Positions 9,729 through 19,790 of a stretch of DNA of 64,000 nt are shown here, in pieces. Within the stretch, counting starts at the first letter, position 1, and each line of letters opens with the position of its first letter. This DNA comes from Candidatus Eiseniibacteriota bacterium (GTDB lineage Bacteria; Eisenbacteria; RBG-16-71-46; JABDJR01): assembly GCA_963783375.1 (NCBI GenBank), contig CAWANH010000029.1, forward strand, positions 608,001 to 672,000, in the 5' to 3' direction. The translations under genes were made by a program, and so were the position numbers. The notes beneath the pieces are model-generated. The model was not told where the DNA came from, searched no databases, and was given only the letters and a program-made list of their open reading frames with translations.

Positions 9729-11396
9729 TCACATGCGTTCCGGGGCCCCGATGTCCATGAGGGCGAGGCCGTTGGCCAGCACCCGCCGCGCCCCCTCGGT
9801 GAGGGCGAGCCGGGCTCGGGTGAGCTCGGCGTCCGGCCCCACCACCCGGCAATGATGATAGAAGAGATGGAAGGCCTGGGCCAGCTCGCGGAGATAGTTG
9901 GTGAGCCGGTGGGGTTCCCGGGCCTCCGCCGCCCCCGCCACCACCGCGGGGAACTGGAGCAGGGTCTTCATGAGCACCAGCTCCTGATCGGCCTCGAGCC
10001 GCGTCGTGTCCGCCCCCTCCGGGTCCGGCGCCCCCTCATCCCGGGCCTTGCGGAGGATACCCGAGATCCGGGCGTGAGCGTATTTCACGTAGAACACCGG
10101 GTTCTCCTCGCTCTGTTTCTTGGCCAGGTCGAGGTCGAAGTCCAGGTGGCTCTCCGCGCGCCGCTGGAGAAAGAAGAAGATCGCGGTGTCCTTGCCGACA
10201 TCCTCGATCAGGTCCTCCAGGGTGATGAACTCACCCCGTCGCTTGGACATCTTCACCGGTTGGCCGCCGGACAGGAGGTTCACCTGCTGGACGATCAGCA
10301 CCTCCAGCCAGTCCGCACCGTACCCCGAGGCCTCGGCCGCCGCCTGCATCCGCCCGATGTACCCGTGGTGGTCCGGCCCCCAGATATCGATCACCTTCTC
10401 GAAGCCCCGCTCGTGCTTGTCCACGTGGTAGGCCACGTCGGCCAGGAAGTAGGTGGGCTGTCCGTTGCCGCGCACCAGGACCCGGTCCTGGTCGTCGCCG
10501 TAGCGGGTGGCGGCGAACCAGAGCGCGCCCTCGCGCTCCTCGACCTCCCCGCGCTCCCGGAAGAGCCGGAGCGCCCGCTCCACCGCGTCGGGATAGAGCT
10601 CGCTCTGGTAGAACCAGCGGTCGAAGACCGTGCCGTAGGCGCCCAGGTCGCGGCGTTGCCAGGCCGTCACCTGCTCCACCGCCTTCCGCCCCATGATCGC
10701 CGCCGCCTCCTCGGAGGGTTTTCCGTCGAGGAGGGCGTCGAACTCGACCGGGTCGAGGGTGGCGGCCAGGTCCCGGAGGTAATCCCCCTGGTAGCCCCCC
10801 TCGGGGATGGTCGCCTCGCCCTCCCCCCGCGCCTCGCGGTAGCGGGCCAGGAAGCTCGCCCCCAGGAGATCGATCTGGCGCCCCACGTCGTTCACGTAGA
10901 ATTCGGAGCGGGCATCGTAGCCGGCGGCGGCGAGGAGCCGGGTGAGGGCGCCGCCGAAGGCCGCGGCGCGGGCGTTCACCACGTTCAGGGGTCCGGTGGG
11001 GTTGGCGCTCACGTACTCCACCTGCACCCGCTTCCCCCGGCCGGTCCCGCTCCGGCCCCACGCCGGGCCGGCCTCGAGGATCTCGGCCAGGCCCCGGCGA
11101 AGCCGTGCCGGGGCCACCCGGAAGTTCAGGAACCCCGGTCCCGCCACCTCCACCGCGGCGAAGAGATCATCGCGAGAGCGAAGCGCTTCGGCCAGGGTTT
11201 CGGCGATGGAGCGCGGTGGCTTCCGGAGGGGCCGGGCCAGGCCGAGGGCCACGTTGGTGGCGTAGTCGCCGTGACCGGCCTCCCGGGGGATTTCCACCTC
11301 GGCGATCACCCCGGCCTCGGGGTAGAGACGGGCCAGGGCCTCGTTCAGCGCGTCACGAATCTCCTGTTCCAGTTTCGATCGCCTCCCGCGGAGCAT
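9729..11396 (-). CDS. argS: Arginine--tRNA ligase (start uncertain)
   Basis: HGDYATN, EYVSANPTGPL, GPDHHGY, KMSKRRG, YVKYAHAR. Confidence 0.97.
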   Translation of the reverse strand: MLRGRRSKLEQEIRDALNEALARLYPEAGVIAEVEIPREAGHGDYATNVALGLARPLRKPPRSIAETLAEALRSRDDLFAAVEVAGPGFLNFRVAPARLRRGLAEILEAGPAWGRSGTGRGKRVQVEYVSANPTGPLNVVNARAAAFGGALTRLLAAAGYDARSEFYVNDVGRQIDLLGASFLARYREARGEGEATIPEGGYQGDYLRDLAATLDPVEFDALLDGKPSEEAAAIMGRKAVEQVTAWQRRDLGAYGTVFDRWFYQSELYPDAVERALRLFRERGEVEEREGALWFAATRYGDDQDRVLVRGNGQPTYFLADVAYHVDKHERGFEKVIDIWGPDHHGYIGRMQAAAEASGYGADWLEVLIVQQVNLLSGGQPVKMSKRRGEFITLEDLIEDVGKDTAIFFFLQRRAESHLDFDLDLAKKQSEENPVFYVKYAHARISGILRKARDEGAPDPEGADTTRLEADQELVLMKTLLQFPAVVAGAAEAREPHRLTNYLRELAQAFHLFYHHCRVVGPDAELTRARLALTEGARRVLANGLALMDIGAPERM

Positions 11397-11733
11397 CCCC
11401 CCAGAGGCGCTCCAGCATGTAGATCTCGCGGGTCCGTTCGTGGAACACGTGCACCACGACGTGCACGTAGTCCAGGAGGAGCCAGGTCTTTCCCTTCAGG
11501 CCCTCGACGTGCCAGGGGGACTCGCCGTCTTCCTTGAGTCCCGCTTCCACCCGTTCGGCGATCGCCTTGACCTGAGGCTCGGACTCCCCGCTGACCAGCA
11601 CGAAATAGTCGCATACCGAGGACTGTTCGCGCAGGTCCATGATGACGACATGCTTTCCCTTCTTCTCCAGGGCCAAACGAGCCGCCTTCTCGGCCAGCTC
11701 ATGGGAGGGAAGGGAGCGGTTCGCGGGGTTCAC
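11353..11733 (-). CDS. rsfS: Ribosome silencing factor
   Basis: DYFVLVSG, WLLLDY..VVVHVF, YMLERLW; GTG start inferred. Confidence 0.92.
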   Translation of the reverse strand: MNPANRSLPSHELAEKAARLALEKKGKHVVIMDLREQSSVCDYFVLVSGESEPQVKAIAERVEAGLKEDGESPWHVEGLKGKTWLLLDYVHVVVHVFHERTREIYMLERLWGDAPREAIETGTGDS

Positions 11734-11740
11734 GCCGGGA

Positions 11741-12751
11741 TCATTGGCGGCGGTCGAGTACGTACTCAACGGCGTCGTGCAGGGTATCCCGGATGGGGCT
11801 TCGCTCGAAGTCATCAAGGAGTTCAAGGGCGCGGTCCGCGTATCCCCGGGCGCGCTGGCGCGCGTATTCCAGGCCGCCGAAGTCCGCGGCGAACGAAGCC
11901 ACCTCGCTCGCGCCGCCGTCGTCCATGACCCCGGCCATGCGCTCACGGATGTGGGCGGTGCGCTTGGGGGGCGCGTTGGCGATGGAATGGATCAGGGGAA
12001 GGGTGACCTTTCCGTCCCGGATGTCGGAACGGGTGGACTTGCCCATGGTGTCGGCATCGCCCTCGATGTCGAGGATGTCGTCGGTAATCTGGAAGGCCAT
12101 CCCCAGGTTGGTGCCGAAATCGGCGAGGAGCCGCCGCTCCCGTCCGTCCCCCCAGGCCAAGAGGCCGCCTATCTCACACGCCGCGGAGAGAAGGACCGCG
12201 GTCTTGTCCATGATGAGGCGGTAGTAGATGTCCTCGGTCAAACCGAAATTGAGCTTGTGTTCCAGCTCCAGCATCTCCCCCAGGCTCATGCGATGGGTGG
12301 TCCGGGCGAGGACGATCATCGGCTCGAACATGCCCCGCTCCACCAGGAGAAAGAAGGCCTTGGAGTAGAGGTAGTCCCCCATGATCACCGAGGTCTGATC
12401 GTTCCACAGGCTGTTGACGGTGGGGATGCCCCGGCGGAGGAAGGAGCGGTCGATGGAATCGTCGTGCACCAGGGTAGCGGTGTGGACCAGTTCCACGATG
12501 GTGGCGGCGATGATGGCGTCCCCGGAGACCGGGCCCTTGAGGCGGTTCACCAGGAGGAGCAGGGTGGGCCGGAACCGCTTGCCGTTGGCCCGCAGCATGT
12601 GGGTGGAGATCTCGTTGATCAGGGGAACGTCGGAGACGAAGAACCGGGCCAGCTCGTCCTGGACCTGTTCCAATTCGTCCCGCACCGGGCCCTGGAGCCC
12701 CCCGATGTTCACCCGGAGCCGAGCGTCGGTTCCCTGAGTTCTTTCGATCAT
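11741..12751 (-). CDS. Polyprenyl diphosphate synthase (IspB/HepT-like)
   Basis: GKRFRP, LVHDDSID..RRG, FQITDDILD. Confidence 0.93.
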   Translation of the reverse strand: MIERTQGTDARLRVNIGGLQGPVRDELEQVQDELARFFVSDVPLINEISTHMLRANGKRFRPTLLLLVNRLKGPVSGDAIIAATIVELVHTATLVHDDSIDRSFLRRGIPTVNSLWNDQTSVIMGDYLYSKAFFLLVERGMFEPMIVLARTTHRMSLGEMLELEHKLNFGLTEDIYYRLIMDKTAVLLSAACEIGGLLAWGDGRERRLLADFGTNLGMAFQITDDILDIEGDADTMGKSTRSDIRDGKVTLPLIHSIANAPPKRTAHIRERMAGVMDDGGASEVASFAADFGGLEYARQRARGYADRALELLDDFERSPIRDTLHDAVEYVLDRRQ

Positions 12752-13062
12752 CGGTTACGGGTTCCTGGGCGCTCGTGCGATGGAAAGTGGTGCGACTTCG
12801 GTCGATCCCGATTCGTCCCGACCGGGTACAGTCATGACCGGTACGGCCGGATCCAAGACAGCCTGACCCGAAGCCGAACTATGGATAAAGGGAATTGGGA
12901 TAAGCTGCCTCCGGCCGGCAGTCGGGCGGCATCGCATGGGGGTGAAGCCGCGTCCGCGCTCCGCCGGCAAAGACGATCACGGCAACGGCCCCCGCCGAGT
13001 GGATCCCGATCCGAGTTCCTCCGGGAGAATTCCTGGCGTGTCGGTGAATCGGTCGAACGGTA

Positions 13063-14430
13063 TCAAGAGGAAGGAGTAGTGTCAAGGCGGGCCGAGGCCA
13101 GGGCGGGCGCTTCCCCGTCCCCTCCCCACGGCGCCGACTCTCCCGGTCCCAGCTTCTCCATGAGCCGGTGCGCCCGGGCCACCGCAAGGTCGAATCCGGG
13201 CCGGTAGCGGGCGGGCAGCGGCTCCGCGGCGCCGCCCTTCAGGGTGAGGGGGTTGATCCATCTCCCGTTCGCCTGCACCCGGAAGTCCAGGTGGGGGCCG
13301 GTGGCCAGGCCCGACGCCCCCACGTAGCCGATCACCTGACCCTGCTTCACCCGGGTTCCGGCCCGGATGCCCTTGCCGTAGCGTGAGAGGTGGGCGTACT
13401 GGGTCAGGTAGGTGGCGTTGTGCTTGATCTTCACCGTGCGTCCGAAGCCCCCGTGCCAGCTCGCGTCCACCACCTTCCCGTTGCCCAGGGCCACCACCGG
13501 GGTCCCCGCGGCGGCGGCGTAATCCACCCCCAGGTGCGGGCGGAGCTTCTTCAGGATGGGATGCATGCGCGCGGTGGTGAAGGTGGAGGAGATGCGCCGG
13601 TAGTTGAGAGGGGACTTGAGGAAGAACTTCTTCACCGATCTTCCGTCGGGGAGGTAGTACCCGTCCTGACCGGCCTGGTCGCCCCAGGCGTAGTGGATCG
13701 CTTCCAGGGGTTCGTCGGCTCCCGCGGGAAGATAGCCCGCGGCCACGATGCGGCCGAACCCGGCCGGCTGGCCCCCTACCGTCCGGTCCTCCACCAGGAG
13801 CTCGAACCGGTCCCCGTTCCGGGTGTCGGTAAAGAAATCGAAGTCCCAGGAGAACAGGTCCGCGAACTCCACCACCAGCGCCGGATCCCCCCCCGAAGCG
13901 GTGAGGCTCAGGTACAGGTTGTCGGTCACCGTCCCGGCCAGCTTCCGGAGGACGACGTGGACGGGAATGGTCTCGACCTCGGCCCGGTAGGCCGCACCCG
14001 CCGGGGTGACCACCACCCGCTGCTCGGGATTGCGCTGGTACTCCAGCCGCCGGAGATCGCCGGACCGGGAGCGGAAGATCAGGAACCGGTCCTCGGGGCG
14101 GATCCGCCGGAGGTCCACCCGGGAGTCCAGGGTCCTGAGAACCTCGAAGGCCCCCGCGGGGTCCATCCCCGCTTCCACCAGGGCCCCTTCCGCGGTCTGG
14201 CCCGGGCGAACGCGGAACTCGTCCACGCAGGAGAGGATTTCCTCGGGGACCGGGCCCACCGCCGCGGCGCGAAGGATTTCCCCGGTCCCCTCGTGGAGGA
14301 GCCGGTCGGCGGGAGACGGGCCGCGCCGGGACATTATCCCGATAGCGCCGATCAATATCGCCACCAAGCCTAGAAAATAAACAGTACGGAAGCGGGTCCG
14401 GACGCGCCGGAACCATGTAGAGCCTGCCAC
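13063..14430 (-). CDS. M23 peptidoglycan endopeptidase (MepM/OapA-like)
   Basis: N-terminal TM, HLGVDY, YAHLS, GPHLDF. Confidence 0.9.
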   Translation of the reverse strand: MAGSTWFRRVRTRFRTVYFLGLVAILIGAIGIMSRRGPSPADRLLHEGTGEILRAAAVGPVPEEILSCVDEFRVRPGQTAEGALVEAGMDPAGAFEVLRTLDSRVDLRRIRPEDRFLIFRSRSGDLRRLEYQRNPEQRVVVTPAGAAYRAEVETIPVHVVLRKLAGTVTDNLYLSLTASGGDPALVVEFADLFSWDFDFFTDTRNGDRFELLVEDRTVGGQPAGFGRIVAAGYLPAGADEPLEAIHYAWGDQAGQDGYYLPDGRSVKKFFLKSPLNYRRISSTFTTARMHPILKKLRPHLGVDYAAAAGTPVVALGNGKVVDASWHGGFGRTVKIKHNATYLTQYAHLSRYGKGIRAGTRVKQGQVIGYVGASGLATGPHLDFRVQANGRWINPLTLKGGAAEPLPARYRPGFDLAVARAHRLMEKLGPGESAPWGGDGEAPALASARLDTTPSS

Positions 14431-14480
14431 GTCTTGCTCATCCCTCCTTGAGTTCGACGGGTGATGTCGCGATCCGGGGC

Positions 14481-14510
14481 ACTTTAGGATCGCCCCCCCG
14501 CTCTCGTCAA
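14481..14510 (-). promoter_or_regulatory. Sigma70-like promoter TTGACG-18-TAAAGT upstream of the M23 gene
   Basis: Sequence match in the intergenic gap. Confidence 0.45.
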
Positions 14511-15898
14511 CCCGTTCCGTGCATTTCCCCGAGAATCCTCAGGAGATCCTCCCGGGTATTGAGCCCGGGCTCCTCGAGTACCCGCTCCAGGAGCGCGTCC
14601 AGAGCCCGTCCCACCTCGGGCCCGGGGGGAATCCCCATCGCCTCCATCACGTCCCCGCCGTCCACCCTTAGATCGGTCACATCGAGGGCCGTCTCCACCC
14701 CCAGGACCCCATCAATCCGCGCCCGGAACTCTCCCAGCGGACCGTCGGAGGCCAAGCCCGTCCCGTGGGCCAGGGTATCCGCCTCCCGGAGCAGGAAGAG
14801 GTCCTCCAGGTTTTCCCGTCCCACCCGGCGGATGAACCGGCGCACCGCGGCGTCCGTCCACTCGGGGGTGTAGAAGAACATGTGCTGGGCCACCAGATGG
14901 GACACCCGGTCGCGTTCGGCGTGGGGGAAACGCAGCCGGTCGAGGATCTCCCGGGTCATGAGCGCCCCCAGGTTCTGGTGGTCGTAGAACGTCCCCTCCC
15001 CGTCCACCACCCGCTTGGTGCGGGGCTTGGCCACGTCGTGGAGGAGGGCGGCCAGGCGCACGTCCGGGGCCTCGGCGGGCGCCGCATCGAGGGCACGCAG
15101 CGTGTGCTCGTAGACGTCGTAGGCATGAAACCGGTTCTGCTCCATCCCGACTCCCTCCAGGAGCTCGGGGATGATCAGGGCCAGAATGCCCGTCTCTCGC
15201 ATGAGTTCGATTCCCACCGAAGGCCGGCGCGCCCGAAGGAGCTTCATCAGCTCATCCCGAACCCGCTCGCGGGCCACCCCGGCCACCCGGTCCCGCATCC
15301 GCTCCATGGCGGCCAGGGTCTCCGGCTCCACCGCCAGCTCCAGCGCCGCGGCCAGGCGGATTCCCCGGAGCGGCCGGAGCCCGTCCTCATCGAAGCGCCG
15401 GTCGGGGTTCCCCACCGCCCGGAGCCTCCGGCCCTCCAGGTCCGCCTCCCCCGAGAAGGGATCCACGAAGATCCCCGCCTCGGGATCCAGGGCCATCGCG
15501 TTGATCGTGAAATCCCGCCGCGACAAGTCCTCTTCCAGGCTCGCCCCGAAGCGAACCCAGTCCGGGTGCCGCCCGTCGGTATAGGGTCCCTCCGAGCGGT
15601 AGGTGGTGATCTCGACCGGCCGCCCTCCGGGAAGCGCGGTCACCGTTCCGTGGCGGATCCCGGTGGGAACCGCCTCCGGCCAGAGTCCCATCACCGCGTC
15701 GGGATGGGCGGACGTGGTCACGTCCCAGTCGGAGACCGTCCGGCCCAGGAGCAGGTCCCGGACCCCTCCGCCCACCAGCCACGCCTCGTATCCCGCCCCC
15801 TTCAGGCGGCGGAGCACCGGCAGGACCCAACCATAGGAGGCGCGGGCGGTTTCATCCAGGAGCTTCGGTGAGGCGGGTCGTCGGGCGGGGTGTTCCAT
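14507..15898 (-). CDS. cca: CCA tRNA nucleotidyltransferase / poly(A) polymerase family with HD domain
   Basis: VGGGVRDLLLG, DWDVTT, RRDFTINA, EDGLRPLR, LLHDVAKP. Confidence 0.9.
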   Translation of the reverse strand: MEHPARRPASPKLLDETARASYGWVLPVLRRLKGAGYEAWLVGGGVRDLLLGRTVSDWDVTTSAHPDAVMGLWPEAVPTGIRHGTVTALPGGRPVEITTYRSEGPYTDGRHPDWVRFGASLEEDLSRRDFTINAMALDPEAGIFVDPFSGEADLEGRRLRAVGNPDRRFDEDGLRPLRGIRLAAALELAVEPETLAAMERMRDRVAGVARERVRDELMKLLRARRPSVGIELMRETGILALIIPELLEGVGMEQNRFHAYDVYEHTLRALDAAPAEAPDVRLAALLHDVAKPRTKRVVDGEGTFYDHQNLGALMTREILDRLRFPHAERDRVSHLVAQHMFFYTPEWTDAAVRRFIRRVGRENLEDLFLLREADTLAHGTGLASDGPLGEFRARIDGVLGVETALDVTDLRVDGGDVMEAMGIPPGPEVGRALDALLERVLEEPGLNTREDLLRILGEMHGTG

Positions 15899-15916
15899 CT
15901 GCCAGCGGGCGGCCGA

Positions 15917-16780
15917 TCAGCCGCCCCCTCCCCTCGGGGCCTCGGAGCCGGCGCGCGCCCCCCACCCGGAGGAGCGGCGGTCGAGAGCGCGCTTGATGCG
16001 GCCCAGAACCCCCCGGCTCTCCGGCCCACCCAGCGCCTCCACCCTCACGATCTCCACCGTCACGTTATCGGTCCCACCCCGCTCCAGGGCGAGGTCCACC
16101 AGCTTCCGGGCGGCGGACTCCGGGTCATTTTGCGACACGACCGGGGCCATGTCCGTCCCGGTCACCGTCCCGCTCAACCCGTCCGAGCAGAGGAGGAAGA
16201 CGTCGCCGGCCTGGACGGTCAGGGGAGGGTCGGAGGCGTCCACCCGGACCAGGGCGGCCGCTCCCAGGGCGCGGGTGAGCATGTGGGCGTGGGGGGGACG
16301 GGTGACGGTGTCGTCCCCGTCCGGGATCCCCAATTCCGCCCCTACCGAGTGATCCCGGGTGAGCTGGGTGGAGACACCGTTCCGGAAGAGGTAGGCCCGG
16401 GAGTCGCCGACGTGGGCCACCACCGCCTCCTTTCCCCGGAGCACCAGGGCGGTCAGGGTGGTTCCCATCCCGGCCAGGGCGGGGTCCCCGGCGGCCCGCC
16501 GGAACACCGCCTCGTTGGCCGCCTCCACCGCCCGGGCAAGTCGCCGGCCGACAGTGCCTTCCGAGGCGGAGGCATAGGTCCCGGCTACAACGTCCACCGC
16601 GATCCGGCTGGCCACCTCCCCCGCCGCATGCCCGCCCATGCCGTCCGCCACCACCACCAGGGCGCCCTCACCCGAATCAAAGTTCTCCAGGTAGGCGTGG
16701 CTGTCCTCGTTGTTGGCGCGCCGGCCCACTACCGAGCGGCCGGCGTGGATGAGGCGGATCGGGGGTTCGGGATGGATCAC
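15917..16780 (-). CDS. PP2C-family Ser/Thr phosphatase (Stp1/PppA-like)
   Basis: NNED, VADGMGGH, MGTT, HVGDSRAY, LCSDGL, DNVT; GTG start inferred. Confidence 0.9.
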   Translation of the reverse strand: MIHPEPPIRLIHAGRSVVGRRANNEDSHAYLENFDSGEGALVVVADGMGGHAAGEVASRIAVDVVAGTYASASEGTVGRRLARAVEAANEAVFRRAAGDPALAGMGTTLTALVLRGKEAVVAHVGDSRAYLFRNGVSTQLTRDHSVGAELGIPDGDDTVTRPPHAHMLTRALGAAALVRVDASDPPLTVQAGDVFLLCSDGLSGTVTGTDMAPVVSQNDPESAARKLVDLALERGGTDNVTVEIVRVEALGGPESRGVLGRIKRALDRRSSGWGARAGSEAPRGGGG

Positions 16781-16925
16781 GTGATCTGCCCTCTGGTCGG
16801 GGGGACTGCCGCCGGCGGGAGCGCCGCCACCCCCGGCCAGACCGTCGGAAAGGGCCGACGACGGCGTTGACTGTAGCAAATACGACGGGGGGCGTCTCCG
16901 TTTCAAACGGTTTCCCAGGGGCGGC

Positions 16926-16954
16926 TTGAGCCGGTTCATGTCTGGTGCTAGTGT
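16926..16954 (+). promoter_or_regulatory. Sigma70-like promoter TTGAGC-17-TAGTGT with extended TG, heading the plus-strand accessory operon
   Basis: Sequence match about 70 nt before ATG 17026. Confidence 0.45.
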
Positions 16955-17025
16955 ATCTGCTCCCGGCCGAGAACTTCGGCGCCCACCGTCATCGTGCCCC
17001 CGAAATCAGACGGAGTACCCGAGCC

Positions 17026-18186
17026 ATGATCCGTTCGCTTCCACTCCGATCGTGCATCCCCTCTCCCGTAATCTCCTGGAGTCTTGCCGCGGTGACCGCC
17101 TGCCTCCTCGGCGCCGTTCCCGTCTCCTCCGCCCCGACCCAGAGCCCCGATCCCACCACCCTGGCCGCCTTCAAACAGGACCCGATGAGTTTCTTTTTCG
17201 ATCTGCGCCGGACCGATGCGGTGGCCTGCGGGCAGGTCGTGCTCGAGGACGCCGCCGTCCAGCCCGACGAGCGGCGGAAGGTCCTGACCGCCCTGGCCGC
17301 GGTGCACCTGGCCTCGGGACGGGAGCCCCAGGCCCGGGCCGCGGTCATGGCCATGCTGAGCGAGGACCCCCGCGCCGACCTGACCCGGCCGGAGATGCTC
17401 CCTCCCCCCCTGGTTTCGCTCTTCTACGGCCTCCGGGACAGCGTCCTTCTGGCCTCGGGGGACGCGGGCGACAGCACGGGCCCGGCGCCGGACATCCACA
17501 CCCTGGCGGTGGGTGACATCGAGAACAACTCCATCGTCGCCGGCAAGTACAACCTCGACGCCTTCGCCAAGGGACTCACCCAGATCATGATCACCGATCT
17601 CCAGGAAACCACCCCGCTGACCCTGGTGGACCGCCAGCGCCTGAGCGTGCTCCGGGAGGAGATCAAGATGAACCAGAACGCGCAGATCACCGATCCGCGC
17701 TACCGGGTCCCCCTGGGGCGGCTGACCGGGGCCCAGTCCTTCCTCTTCGGAAGCATCATGCAGGTGGACGAGAAGAAGGTGCGGCTGGACCTCCGGTGGG
17801 TGGACACCTCCACCGGGGAGATTCTCCTCGCCGACGGGGTGGAGGGAAAGCTGGGCTCCTCGGACGACCTGTTCAAGCTGGAGCGGACGGTGCTCCTGGA
17901 CCACCTGGTTCCCCGGCTTCAGAAGCTCCTGGGTGGCGAAGACCTCGAGCGAGCGGTGAAGCCGTACCTCGAGCAGAAGAAGAAGTCCCTCCCCAAGGGG
18001 ACGTCCTACGTGAACCTGTTGATCAAGACCGGCGACGCCATCCTGGCCGAGGATCGGGGGGATCTCGCCGCTGCCCAGACCGCCTGGAGCGAGGTGGCCC
18101 GCATGAACCCGGAGAACGCCGGGGCGGGCGGCCGGGCCCGGGCGCTCACCGCTTACCTGGCCATGAACGCGGAGGATGATCGATGA
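17026..18186 (+). CDS. Secreted TPR-like + CsgG/FlgO/TolB-N-like protein
   Basis: Signal-peptide-like N-terminus, TLAVGDIEN, LVDRQRLSVLREE, LGRLTGAQSFLFGS, RWVDTSTGEIL. Confidence 0.75.
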   Translation: MIRSLPLRSCIPSPVISWSLAAVTACLLGAVPVSSAPTQSPDPTTLAAFKQDPMSFFFDLRRTDAVACGQVVLEDAAVQPDERRKVLTALAAVHLASGREPQARAAVMAMLSEDPRADLTRPEMLPPPLVSLFYGLRDSVLLASGDAGDSTGPAPDIHTLAVGDIENNSIVAGKYNLDAFAKGLTQIMITDLQETTPLTLVDRQRLSVLREEIKMNQNAQITDPRYRVPLGRLTGAQSFLFGSIMQVDEKKVRLDLRWVDTSTGEILLADGVEGKLGSSDDLFKLERTVLLDHLVPRLQKLLGGEDLERAVKPYLEQKKKSLPKGTSYVNLLIKTGDAILAEDRGDLAAAQTAWSEVARMNPENAGAGGRARALTAYLAMNAEDDR

Positions 18187-19790
18187 ACCGAGTCCGGGGT
18201 TTCTTGTTCCTGGCGGCGGCGCTCACCGCCGCGGGGTGCGCGGTCGCCCCTCATGGCCCGGGGGACGACCTCCTTCGCCACGGGGACTTCGCGGCCGCGA
18301 TACCGGTGATTCAGCAGGCGCTGGTCGCCCAACCCGACAACCCGGTCCTGAACCGGAACCTGGGAATCGCGCTTCTCGAGACCGGAAAACCCGAGGCCGC
18401 GGCCACCGCCCTGGAGAGGGCGCGGTCCCTCGACCCGCGCGATCCGGTCGCCGCCTTCCAGTTGGGACGGGCGGCGGAAGCGGCGGGGAGTTGGGACGCC
18501 GCGGCCCGGGCCTACGGCGACTATCTCGCCCTGGGCGGAAAGCAGGAGTCGGCGGTTCGTGTTCGTCTCAACACCCTCAGCCACCGCCGGGCGGAGGCCG
18601 AGGTGAAGGCGGCCCTGGCCCGGGAGCGGAGCCTCTCCGCCGCCTCGGTCCCCGAAAACACCCTCGCCGTCCCCGACTTCGTGAACGTGGCGGCCAGCGA
18701 CACCCTGGCCCCGCTCTCCCGGGGCCTCTCCGCGGTCCTGGTCACCGATCTCTCCCAGGTGGGGGCGTTCCGGGTCCTGGAGCGCGATCGGCTCCAGGTG
18801 CTCCTGGACGAGCTGAACCTGAGCCATCCGAACCCGGAGGCGTCGACGCCCGCCGCCCCCCTCCACGACCCCTCCACCGCCCTGGGGCTCAAGGAGCGCC
18901 TCGCCGCGCTCCGCAGCGCATCGAGCGGGAAGCCGTATTACTCCGGCCCGGTGGACGATCAGCGGGATGCCGGTCTGGAGGCGGCGGTGCGGGAGTTTCA
19001 GGGGGATCATGGCCTGAAGGCCGACGGCGTTCCCGGACCCCGGACCCTGGCCGCCCTGGCCGGGGCGGTGGGCGATCGCCCCCCCGAGACCCCGGCCAAA
19101 CCCGCCGAGGTCGCGGAGGTGGCCCCCGACACCGCCCCCCGCCTCGGAAAGCTGATCGGAGCGCGGCGGTTCGTCCAGGGGGCCTTCGCTCCCCTCGGCG
19201 CGAGCGCGGTCCGCCTCGATGCGTCGGTGATCGCCACCCACGAAGGAACGCTGACCGCAGCGGGAGATCCGGTCAACGGCCCCCTCCCCCGGGTTCTTCA
19301 CCTGGAGAAGGACCTCCTGGCCGAGATCCTGGCCGCCCTGGGCATCACGCCTACCCCGGCGGAAGAGGATGCGCTGGCCCGGATCCCCACCGAGAACTTC
19401 GACGCCTTCATGGCCTGGTCCCGGGGCCTGGTCTTCCAGGACCAGGGACGCCGGGCCGAGGCGCTGGCCGCCTTCCGGGAGGCGGTCCGGCTCGACCCCG
19501 GCTTCAACGAGGCCCGCGCATCCGAGGAGCTGGCTGCGGTCACTCCCGACGATCAGGACGAGCTCGACCGGGCCGAGCTGGACCGGGCCTTCGCCTCGCC
19601 CCCGGCCGGCGCCACCGATCGCCTGCTCCGAAGCGGGGCCTGGACCGGCCTCGGGCCCGGACCCGACCTGGACCGCTGGGCGGACACCGACCCCACCGTG
19701 ACCGAAACCGAAAAGCTGGCCGAGGGAGGAGGGGACGCCACCGGCACCATCGAGGTCGGGGGCACCCTTCCCGGGAGGAACCGGCAATGA
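18183..19790 (+). CDS. TPR lipoprotein with a CsgG/FlgO-like domain and inserted peptidoglycan-binding domain
   Basis: AAGC lipobox, TPRs, TLAVPDF..VLERDRLQVLLDE..RLGKLIGA, AAVREFQ..HGLKADGVPGPRT. Confidence 0.78.
   Translation: MNRVRGFLFLAAALTAAGCAVAPHGPGDDLLRHGDFAAAIPVIQQALVAQPDNPVLNRNLGIALLETGKPEAAATALERARSLDPRDPVAAFQLGRAAEAAGSWDAAARAYGDYLALGGKQESAVRVRLNTLSHRRAEAEVKAALARERSLSAASVPENTLAVPDFVNVAASDTLAPLSRGLSAVLVTDLSQVGAFRVLERDRLQVLLDELNLSHPNPEASTPAAPLHDPSTALGLKERLAALRSASSGKPYYSGPVDDQRDAGLEAAVREFQGDHGLKADGVPGPRTLAALAGAVGDRPPETPAKPAEVAEVAPDTAPRLGKLIGARRFVQGAFAPLGASAVRLDASVIATHEGTLTAAGDPVNGPLPRVLHLEKDLLAEILAALGITPTPAEEDALARIPTENFDAFMAWSRGLVFQDQGRRAEALAAFREAVRLDPGFNEARASEELAAVTPDDQDELDRAELDRAFASPPAGATDRLLRSGAWTGLGPGPDLDRWADTDPTVTETEKLAEGGGDATGTIEVGGTLPGRNRQ

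Noticed and set aside
12880-12903. DnaA boxes / replication origin
   Set aside because: Only two imperfect TTATCCACA-like matches, no AT-rich unwinding element, and no dnaA-type neighbours
17026-19790. Curli biogenesis operon
   Set aside because: Only CsgG/FlgO-like domains are present; no csgA/B/E/F-like genes
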